Positions 1 to 10,020 of a stretch of DNA of 64,000 nt are shown in pieces. Below the pieces are notes generated by a model. The model saw only the letters and a list, made by a program, of their open reading frames with translations, was not told the DNA's origin and ran no database searches. The DNA lies in contig NC_068981.1 in assembly GCF_001194135.2 (NCBI RefSeq), forward strand, positions 21,608,792 to 21,672,791, read 5' to 3'. Both the position numbers and the translations under genes were made by a program. The stretch comes from Octopus bimaculoides. Taxonomy: Eukaryota. Numbering within the stretch: the stretch's first letter is position 1; each line of letters starts with the position of its first letter.

Positions 1-320
1 GAGGAATTACAAATAGTGAGTGGTGTTCGACAGGGCACTGGTATTCGTAGTGGCCCTCTCAGCTGCTCAGTTACCCACCCTTGCTAGCTATGCAGATGAC
101 ACAAAAGTCTCTCCGAGGAAATATTGTGCACCTGCAATGGGAATTGGGACACAATATACAGGTGGTTAATAATATGCAGTTTAATGCTGGAAAATACCAA
201 GCCCCATGCTACCAGCACACAAAGCTGAATGAAATGCAGACAGGATGCATTGGCCCAAGAGAGATTGCAATCTCCAAATCATAATCAGTGCATGACCTGG
301 GCATTGACATGAGTAATGAT
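1..320 (+). mobile_element. Decayed CR1/L2-like LINE reverse transcriptase, 5' part of a split element
   Basis: Translations SGVRQGT..GPL, QFNAGKY and DLGIDMSND match LINE RT motifs (SGVPQG.VLGP, MQFN..KC, DLG). Frameshifted. Confidence 0.7.
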
Positions 321-2620
321 TAAGACATTTTATTTTAACCTTAAAAATTGCTTGATTTGAATCTTATTTTCATATTTGTTTAACCGTATTTTTAAAAACT
401 TTATTGATAGATTTTAACCTTGTTATTATCAATAAATTCATAAACATTAGAGAGTTTACCTTTTAAGAGTATCATCAAAACAATTAAAAAAAATATTTAT
501 ATTGTGGAAATGTATTATAGTACAATATGATGTAATGTTTTACTTTTGTAGGCAGAAAATTCCTGTTTTTCGCAAAGAATTTTTTTAGCATGGTCTCAGA
601 TTTGCATATTCCGCGGGTAAAACGTTGGGGTTTATTAGTTGAATTATCAAATTGATTTGGTTTTTATTGAATTAAAATCAGTGAAATTCAGGATGTAACA
701 CGAGTCTTCATTGAATTTCAATTCTCTGAGGCTTTTGTAAGCATCATTGATAGTGAAGGCTGTTGACTCGACTTTTAAAATCAACTCTTTCAACTGCAGA
801 TACTTTGAATAGATTTGGGTGAGATCAGTCTTGATCTTAGTATTTCACACGGCTTCTTTCGCTCTCTGCACCAATATGTCTTTGTCTTCAAAACTCTACA
901 ATTTTTTTATCTTCTGCATGGTTCTTGGCATAGTAATTTCAGGCATCCAACTAGCTGTCACAGTTGGTCACAATTGACTGAGTTGGTATCCAATTGTTTT
1001 GAATTGCTCCTGACAGTGTTTGTTTTTTTACAGTAACAGCCTTGACGGTGGCAATCAGACAATCATCTGCAAGATAGAAAGCCTTTATTTTTAGAGCACA
1101 ATTGTGCAGTAGGTGAGAGAAGCAGCTTACATGGGAGAGTTTAGGGTATGTTAACTTGCAATATTTCTCCAGCAGCTACCATATACTGAGCAACATCAGA
1201 CACTAGTAGGAGAAAATTTTCTCATGGAACTGCCATATTTTTTAGCAAATCATCGATGATCTGAGCAACGAATGTAGCAGTTAGAGCTGATTCGAGTGGC
1301 AAACATTCTATTAAGAATGTTTTTATAGGATTTTTAACTGAATCAATAAGTACATTAATAATTTTTTTGTTATCAGTCTCATTTGATCAACAATTAAAAA
1401 TATCTTTTGATCAGCCATGCAGCTCTTGCAATTTTCAACTGTGTTTAAACTAATCATATCAACATATTTTTGGCATGTAGATTGAGATGGCAGTGGTTTA
1501 TTGATAGAATCAATGAGACTTCTTGAACTTGGATTAGTGAGCTTTTGTGAAGAAAAGTTGGTCTCAAAAATGCTTTGGTCACCATTGCATTCCAAGGTTT
1601 ATTGTTTTCAGTAAATTTAAACAGTTTGATAGGTGGCTGTTCAATTTTAGTAGTCTTTTGAAGATAGTTTTGATGCTTTTTCCTCATTCTATGCAATTCA
1701 ACAAAATGCCTTTTATGACATTTGACATTAACGAGGCACACTTTTGGGAATTCATCTGTAAGTTCAAGGGCTTTTGCCTTTCTGACTTGTTTTTGGCTTT
1801 GGCATCTGAGTTAATAAGAAAGACATAATAATCAAAATTAAAAATTACTTGAAATAGGAAAAAAAAACAGCTCAATAAGGCAATGACAAAATAACTCCAC
1901 ACAAAAAGATCCAGCAACAGTGAAAGAAAATGATTCAATTCAAATAACTCCAGATAAAAATTTATATAATAGTTAACAAAAAATTTAAACAATGCATAAA
2001 AAAATATGTATTGGAATATTGAGAAACAGCTAGCATATTGTACATTTACATACAGTAAAAAGAATAACAAAGAAAAGTACTTACTTTTGATGGTGAATTT
2101 AAAATTCTTAAATAACAAGCACAAAGAATTAAAACTAGGTAAAAACACTTACAATTGGATGATGATAAATAATTCCATTCTTAAAGAGTCCTGTTTCATG
2201 AATTGGAAAAAAAATGCAAATAATCAGTATTAGCAGTTGGTATCAATCACCAATAACTAAATTTATCTTCTAGAAGAACTATACAGATATGCTCAACTTT
2301 TGTTTGTGTTCAAATGACTGGACACACATAATGTCAAATAGTTTTCAATATTGAAAGGTAGGACAAGCTATAGGAAGTGCTAAGAAAGCTCAGAAGTGGT
2401 TGTTCAATACAATGCTCTACTAAAAACTAGCAGAAATATATATCAAATTTAGGTTTAATCAATACACAAAAAATACATACCAGTGAATTTATTTATTCTT
2501 TTCTGTATCTCATTAAAAAAAAATTCACAAAAAAAGTTTTTTTTATTTTTGGTTTTAACTTTGAAAAAGAGTTTTTGTGAATTTTGACTTTTATGCAAAA
2601 AAAAAAAAAAAATTGCCTTA
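321..2620 (-). mobile_element. hAT DNA transposon (2.3 kb) with decayed transposase
   Basis: 8-bp TSD gtaatgat at 313-320 and 2621-2628. Imperfect TIR taagacatttt / aaattgcctta. Minus-strand remnants such as FLLLVSDVAQYMVAAGEILQ and KIKKIVESFE resemble hAT-family transposases. Confidence 0.75.
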
Positions 2621-3240
2621 GTAATGATGCTTCTTTCCTGGTGCATATTACTAATTTGGTAATATAATGTGGATTGCTGGCCAGATGGATTCTCCAAATT
2701 TTCAAAATAAGAGAACAGGAAACCATGATGGTCCTCTGAAGGACATTTATCCTCAGCTTCTTAGACTACTGCTCTCAACTACGGTCATCACACAATATAG
2801 AATTAACAATGGAATGTTAATTAACAATCCAATGAAGCTAAAGAAAATCATCTCAATGTAACATGTCAGCTACTGGGAAAAGCTGAAAAAGTTAAGACTC
2901 TACTCCCTAGAATGAAGGCAGGAAAGATATGCAGTGATAAATACCTGGAGAATACTGGAAGGGCATGTACCAAACTTTGGCATTGAGAGTTGTACAAACA
3001 ACAGAACAGGGCACTACTGCATGGTGCCAAAGATCCCAACATCGCCATCAAAACACTGGACCAGATATTGCAACGGCTTGGGTTTCAAGGGCCCGCAGCT
3101 CTTCAATATCCTTTCAAAAAGCCTGAGAGACCTGCATGGTGTGGATGTAGATGTCTTCAAAACGAAACTGGGTCTCCCCCTGTCAAGGGTTCCAGATGAG
3201 GGGGCAGCAGCATCAAGATCTCTCATTCACTAAATGACAC
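2621..3240 (+). mobile_element. CR1/L2-like LINE ORF2 C-terminal part, continuing the element at 1-320
   Basis: Remnants LDYCSQL, SYWEKLKKLRLYSLE*RQERYAVINTW and FKGPQLFNIL..LRDLHGVDVDVFKTKL (ORF 2934-3233). Confidence 0.8.
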
Positions 3241-3399
3241 ATATCAGAGGAAGTTTCATATAGGGACAGTGAAGGTTTAGCAAAGCTAATGGTGGTGCCC
3301 CAGCAAGGCCACAGCTCCTGAGCTGAAGCAAGTTAAAGAGTAAAGAGTTATATATTGGGCCTCATAGAGGCAGTGTGGCTAATGTCAGTGTCATGTAAC

Positions 3400-3635
3400 C
3401 AGCACATAAAAAACACCATTTGAGCTTTGGGCTGTACAGAGGCAATGTGACCAATGCTGGTGGCATGTAAAAGCACCCATTACACTCTCAGAGTGGTTGG
3501 CATTAAGAAGGGTATCCAACCATAGAAACCATGCCAAATCAGACTGGCGTCTGGTGCAGCACCTCAGGTTCCCAGCCCTGGTCTAACTGCCCACCTATGC
3601 CAGCATAGACAATGGATGTTAAATGATGATGATAA
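3400..3635 (+). mobile_element. Diverged RTE-type 3' tail repeat
   Basis: gtggttggcattaagaagggtatcc...atggatgttaaatgatgatgat matches the tail family seen more than 10 times in the window. Confidence 0.65.
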
Positions 3636-3669
3636 TATATAAGTATCCAATTACTGGATATTTTTATAT

Positions 3670-4487
3670 ATAGAAGTATCCAGTAAGGTGAAGGTCAGCA
3701 ATGAGTATAGCAAGGAATTTAGTGGGAAAGTAGAAGTTCACCAAGGAACGAGCCTCACCCCACCTCTTGTTTATTATAGTCCTCTAGGCTATAACAGAGG
3801 AATTTAAGACTGGCTGCCCTTGGGTGCTCCTCTATGCTGATCTTATGGTTGAATTTCAGGTGTAGGAGCATGATCTGAAATCAAAGGGCCTTAGAGTTAA
3901 TTTAGCAAAGACCAAAATCCTAGTAAGTAGGATCCCTTGAGGGAGATGACCCTGCTCAATATGTTGAAAAGGTGTTGGTAGAAGCTCTATATAGTGTACT
4001 CAGTGCAAGCTATGGAGATATGAAAGGTACAGGGATATCAGAGGAAGGTTAACAGAGAAAGTAGTCTTTGTATGTGGAAAATGTATGGGTACAATAAGCA
4101 CTTAAAATGTACAGAAAATAGACTTCCTCACATGTCCAGGGAGATCCTTAGAAGTTGTAGATAGCTTCCATTACCTAGGCAACCAAGTTAGCAGTGGGAG
4201 AGGAAGCTCTGAAAGCATAATTTTTAGAATAAGAACAATCTGGGTAATGTTTAGAGAGTTACTACCTTTGTTCATAACAAAGGGCCTATCCTTCAGAGTT
4301 ATTCGCTAAATAACAGGTTTCATTTCTTCGAATAGAACAATACGTCATATGAACTAGATTAAATAGAGCATGAAATCTGCAGACAATTAGTCATTGAAGA
4401 GAGGTAAAGTAACTGTGGCGAAAGCAGTAATTCACTTATTTAGTGGGATCAGTGTATCATTTGTGAGCATATATTTGTATATATAGT

Positions 4488-4576
<89 letters not shown>

Positions 4577-4995
4577 GTCTAGAATCACGTCAGATGCGGA
4601 GGAGGAGAGAAAATAGTAATTCAGTGAAGGAGAAGTAGTGAGAGTAACATGACTGTACGATGCTGGTGTATGCACAGTTATGCTACATAGCAGTGAAAAT
4701 TTGAAAGCAATGAAACCAGTATGCTCTGCTGGATGGGTAATGCCAGTGTAAATGATTTGAGAGAAAAATTGGGTATAAGAGGCATCAGATGTAATTTGCA
4801 AGAGAGAAGACTATACTGGTATGGCCATGTGAGATGTATGGATGAGGACAGCTACTTAAAGATCTCTCATTGTGGAGAGAACCTGTGGAAGGAATAGACA
4901 CAGGAAGACACGGGATGAAATGGTGAGAAATGACCCTCTGAGGAGATGACAAGAGATCAAGATTCCTGTTGATTTGTTGTGCTTGAGAAGACCTG
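3670..4995 (+). mobile_element. Decayed RTE-clade LINE RT, interrupted by a 341-bp insertion at 4300-4640
   Basis: Remnants VHQG..L.P.LFIIVL, FKTGCPWVLLYAD, KSKGLRVNLAKTKIL. Homologous to the RTE copy at 62405-63200. Confidence 0.85.
4300..4640 (+). repeat. Copy of 6589-6856 with an expanded (TA)n
   Basis: Colinear similarity from taaataacaggtttc to ggagaagtagtgagag. Flanked by agagt at 4295-4299 and 4641-4645. Confidence 0.85.
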
Positions 4996-6588
4996 TCAAG
5001 CTAAGTAAAATTGTGGCTGACCACACATATAGGATTGTCTTTTATGGCCATGCTCCCCCTTACACACATAATTCTGTGCTCTATCAAACTCCCCCACCAC
5101 CTACTGCAGGCCCTTCCACTCTCCATGCCATCACATATGTACCATACCCACCTCCCAGCCACTCCAATGCCTCTCAACATTACTTGTTATCTCTTAACAT
5201 TTCCCATTACACTCTTATGGAACATTCTCCCCTATCTCCTCTTTACTACTTCCATTGTTCCATGTGGGCAGGCCTATCTCTTTCTCGTGTTCCTTGTCCT
5301 TTTGAGATAGACAAATATCTCCTCAATAATAAGAGGTCTACCTCTGGCCCTCCGTCATACTCTAATCTCTTGGTTCCAATTCCTCTCTCAGCTGACAGGT
5401 CTTTGTCTTGCAAGCTTGCAGGTGCTGCACCCAGTACACTCTGTAAAGTGGTTGGCGTTTGGAAACGCATCTACTTGTAGAAACTGTACCAAAACTGTCA
5501 AACCGTCCAACCTATGCCAGCATGGAAAACAGACGTTAAATGATCACACACACACACATTGTTTGCATATGGGAAAATGAAAATACCTATATGATTGATA
5601 ACAAATATGGGTTGATAGATTATATTAACGAAACAGAACAAGAACAATTTATTAATAAAAATTTTCAAGTCTTTCTATCTGCGAATGTAAAAATATTTCT
5701 GTGATCCCCCATTCAAGTTCCAGTTTTGACTATTTGTTGAATACTTCTGCTTTTCCAAACCTTATTTACTATCATTTTGATGAGATTTTATTATTGTTGC
5801 TGTGCTCTGGCCAACTTTGTTATAGAGGATATGTTTGGTGTCCTTAAGAATTTGTATTGTTGTTGTTTAAGATAGAAACATGTGATTGTATCAGATAGTT
5901 TATGTATAGGTTTTGTTCTTTTCATTATTGTATTGTTCTGGGCGAGACATTGGTACTCATCGCAGGTCAATATGCAGTTTACCGCCATATTTCTTGTGGA
6001 TTTTATTAGTCTTTTTTTTCTTTGCACCCTTTTAAAGCCTAGCCAGGCTCATGAGCCCGGTTTCCTGGTTTCTATGGCATATAGACGTGGCTTTGTGCCC
6101 CATGAGCAGCATATGGTTTTTTCCACCCCAGATTTTAAAATATTTTTTAATTCAGTATCATCCGTGATATCCTTGTAGCTTTATCTACTTCAAGTTTCAC
6201 TGTATTGAAGTGCAGGTGAGGTGAAGAGATCGATCCGATTAGATGTAATATGCTGTCTAGTGGTTTCATTGCCAGAAGATGCTCACTTTGCCGATGTGTT
6301 GAAATAAACAGTATGATCAAACGATTATGTATGTATATCCTATAGTGAACGTTCAATTACTTATTGTTATTTCTGTATCATATAATGGTTAGGAAGTCTG
6401 TCGTGTTTACAGATTATGTAGGTTCATGTCCCACAGGCAGCCTTCGATTTTTTTTGGCAGAGGTACACCACCCGTTTTTGGCGTAACAAAACCCCTAACC
6501 CTAACCGAGTGTACATATTCCTTACTTTTGCCCCCCTTTTTTTTTTAATCTAAGGTTACTTCGTAATTTAAAAACCAAGAAATAAAAG

Positions 6589-6861
6589 TAAATAACAGGT
6601 TTCGTTTCTTCAAATAGAACAACAATACGTCATATGAACTAAATTAAAAAGAGCGCGAAATCTGCAGACAATTAGTCATTGACGAGAGAAAAAGTAACTG
6701 TGAAGAAAGCAGTAATTCGCTTACTAAGTGAGATCCGTGTATTTGTGAGCATATATTTGTATATATAGTTGTGTGTATGTATATAGTTGTCCAGAATCAC
6801 ACCAGACACGGAGGAGGAGAGAAAATAGTAATTCAGTGAAGGAGAAGTAGTGAGAGCAACA

Positions 6862-6921
<60 letters not shown>

Positions 6922-6976
6922 AAATAATAGCAATAAGAGAAAGGAAGGGAGGAAAAAAAATCAGCGTTTCAACTTT
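6589..6976 (+). promoter_or_regulatory. Putative promoter / untranslated leader exon of the HOIP-like gene
   Basis: Locally CpG-retaining. (GA)n at about 6869-6916. Strong donor ttt|gtaagt at 6977, about 950 bp upstream of the predicted ATG. No transcript evidence. Confidence 0.35.
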
Positions 6977-7923
6977 GTAAGTATATGTGTAGAAGGGAAG
7001 TATGTGAATGTTTGTATGTGATTATTATGTACCATATTTATGTATAAAATACTACAATTAGCCGTCATTATTGACGGCACGTAGTCAGCTAATACTTGTA
7101 TAAGTGTAATATTTACTTTCTTTTTTCTTTTGCTCATGAAATCTGTGTCTGTCTCTCTTGTGTGTGAGTGTGCATGTGTGTGTCAATGTCCCCGAATCAA
7201 AACATTTTCCCGTGTTAAGGGTTTCTAGAAGCTGGAAATATTTCATAGATTTCATCAGCAACAAGTTGTAAGTTATGTGGCTTTATTCTGACCATTTAGA
7301 TTTGTTGATTTCCGATTAAAAATGAGAAAAAATGAAATTGAAGGTATTTTGGCTAAAAGTGGAAGTAAAAAAGTATTTTTATAATGATATAAACATATGG
7401 ATCTCTGGCTTTTAATCATGTTCTGAACCTTCATTGCTTGGTATTATTAAAGGCATTTGCCCAAGGTACCATATGATCGGGAGGCAAACTTCTTAATCAT
7501 ATTGCCACGCCTGCATGGTAGGTTAGAATTTTTCGCGACGACGTGGTTTCTGATTGAGTTCTACTACATTTTACTTCAGACATGTGTCTCTCGTAAGTCC
7601 CTGGCCGATCAAACGAATTTAGTTGACGGAAACTCATATGTATGTATGTGTGTGTCTTAGTGTTTGTTTTTCACGGCTCAACAACTGTTGTTAGTTTTGT
7701 TACGTTCCCATAGTTTAGCTGATAGAATAAGAACTAAAAAAGAAAAAAAGTACTGAAATCGATGTAACACTTTTAACCGTAGTCTATCGGCTAAAAAAAC
7801 TAGTAAAGAGTTTGTGTGTATGTGTGTGTGTGTACCCCCCTCTCTCTCTGACACACACACACACCCCCCACTGACCCACATATATATGTTTGTAACTTGC
7901 GAAGTTTAGTTTCATTTTCTGAA

Positions 7924-7976
7924 ATGCCACCCAACGTTCAACGTCTTCTTCCTGTCGAGGAAAGTCCACAAACAAG
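7924..7976 (+). CDS. RNF31: HOIP-like coding exon 1 (MPPNVQRLLPVEESPQT), phase-2 end
   Basis: ATG at 7924 and donor aag|gtaact. Frame joins exon 2. No homology support for this peptide. Confidence 0.45.
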
Positions 7977-8239
7977 GTAACTTGAATGCTATAGCAATAT
8001 ATGATCTGAGAATTTTGCTTGTTTTCTTTACCCTTGTTTGCTTAAGCTCCTTGATATTGAATTAATAGATTTAAGGATGTTATATATCTTGAAAACTTTC
8101 CTATTGAGGTACAGTAAAATCATATCGAGATAACCACGCTCTTGATTGACATGGCGATGTATGATATGAGAATTTTACTATTTTCTTTACTCTAGTTTGT
8201 TTAAGCTCATCATTATTGAATTAGTATAATTGAGGGTGT

Positions 8240-8272
<33 letters not shown>

Positions 8273-8285
8273 GTATATATATATA

Positions 8286-9280
8286 NNNNNNNNNNNNNNN
8301 NNNNNNNNNNNNNNNNNNNNNNNNNNNNNNNNNNNNNNNNNNNNNNNNNNNNNNNNNNNNNNNNNNNNNNNNNNNNNNNNNNNNNNNNNNNNNNNNNNNN
8401 NNNNNNNNNNNNNNNNNNNNNNNNNNNNNNNNNNNNNNNNNNNNNNNNNNNNNNNNNNNNNNNNNNNNNNNNNNNNNNNNNNNNNNNNNNNNNNNNNNNN
8501 NNNNNNNNNNNNNNNNNNNNNNNNNNNNNNNNNNNNNNNNNNNNNNNNNNNNNNNNNNNNNNNNNNNNNNNNNNNNNNNNNNNNNNNNNNNNNNNNNNNN
8601 NNNNNNNNNNNNNNNNNNNNNNNNNNNNNNNNNNNNNNNNNNNNNNNNNNNNNNNNNNNNNNNNNNNNNNNNNNNNNNNNNNNNNNNNNNNNNNNNNNNN
8701 NNNNNNNNNNNNNNNNNNNNNNNNNNNNNNNNNNNNNNNNNNNNNNNNNNNNNNNNNNNNNNNNNNNNNNNNNNNNNNNNNNNNNNNNNNNNNNNNNNNN
8801 NNNNNNNNNNNNNNNNNNNNNNNNNNNNNNNNNNNNNNNNNNNNNNNNNNNNNNNNNNNNNNNNNNNNNNNNNNNNNNNNNNNNNNNNNNNNNNNNNNNN
8901 NNNNNNNNNNNNNNNNNNNNNNNNNNNNNNNNNNNNNNNNNNNNNNNNNNNNNNNNNNNNNNNNNNNNNNNNNNNNNNNNNNNNNNNNNNNNNNNNNNNN
9001 NNNNNNNNNNNNNNNNNNNNNNNNNNNNNNNNNNNNNNNNNNNNNNNNNNNNNNNNNNNNNNNNNNNNNNNNNNNNNNNNNNNNNNNNNNNNNNNNNNNN
9101 NNNNNNNNNNNNNNNNNNNNNNNNNNNNNNNNNNNNNNNNNNNNNNNNNNNNNNNNNNNNNNNNNNNNNNNNNNNNNNNNNNNNNNNNNNNNNNNNNNNN
9201 NNNNNNNNNNNNNNNNNNNNNNNNNNNNNNNNNNNNNNNNNNNNNNNNNNNNNNNNNNNNNNNNNNNNNNNNNNNNNNNN
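8286..9280. other. Assembly gap
   Basis: Run of N. Confidence 1.
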
Positions 9281-9539
9281 CCTCCATGGTCTGAAACATA
9301 GGATTCCGTAAAAAAAAAAAAAAAAATTTAAAAGGGGGGGTATACCCAGATTACATATACTCCATCTCCACCGAAAAAAATATTCCGGATTTTTGTTACC
9401 CACCCTTCATGAATCCTAAAAGTTCCACTCTTTTTCGAATTGTTTTTAAAAATCAGTTTGAAAGGGACTAATGCAGTTTCGCCCCTCACTTTGAAAAATG
9501 CATTTTTTTGAAAAATTTTTTTCGGATTCCCATGTTTTA

Positions 9540-10020
9540 GATGTCGGAGATTACGAATATGCAAAAAAAAAAAAAAAGAATTAATTTTACTCCACCCCAC
9601 ATCAATTTAAATTTTGAATTTTGTTTACTTTAAAGAGATCGTAGCGAATTGATGAACGTATGCAAATCGAAATTAGATATAAACAAAAACATTAATGTGA
9701 AAAGAATTTGCGTTTTATTTGTGTTTGCTTCAAATAATCGTAAATATAATGGAAATTAAATACACACCATTTTATGTGAAACAAACATTAATGTTATAAA
9801 GTTTAATAAGAGGCTCAAATTTCACCCCCTCCCCCAATTTTAAATTTTGAACTTTTTCAATGGTGGTATTTGGGGTGCGGGTAAATTTTTTGGTAAATTT
9901 TCAGATTAACACCCGCACGATTTTCACAAGGGTTTTAGGGTTAGGGTTTTAGCGTGCGGGTGTTAATCTGAAAATTTACGAATTTCTTTTTTTTTTTGCA
10001 TATTCGTAATCTCCGACATC
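9540..10020. repeat. Nested inverted repeats (foldback / MITE-like)
   Basis: Arms 9540-9581 and 9980-10020. Perfect 27-bp arms at 9893-9919 and 9953-9979. Confidence 0.85.

Noticed and set aside
4974-5480. 168-aa Pro/His-rich ORF
   Set aside because: It lies in the pyrimidine-rich 3' region of an RTE element, has no recognisable domain and no splice context.
6488-6506. CCCTAA repeats as a telomere or chromosome-fusion site
   Set aside because: Only two to three units. Kept only as a motif shared with the hairpin loop at 9920-9952.
6500-6730. Possible minus-strand donors (cttac) implying a divergent head-to-head gene
   Set aside because: No convincing minus-strand host exon was found in 1-6500, which is almost entirely mobile DNA.
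8187-9403. Long ORFs of 350-396 aa in the ORF track
   Set aside because: They are runs of X across an assembly gap. The same applies to 14291-14669.
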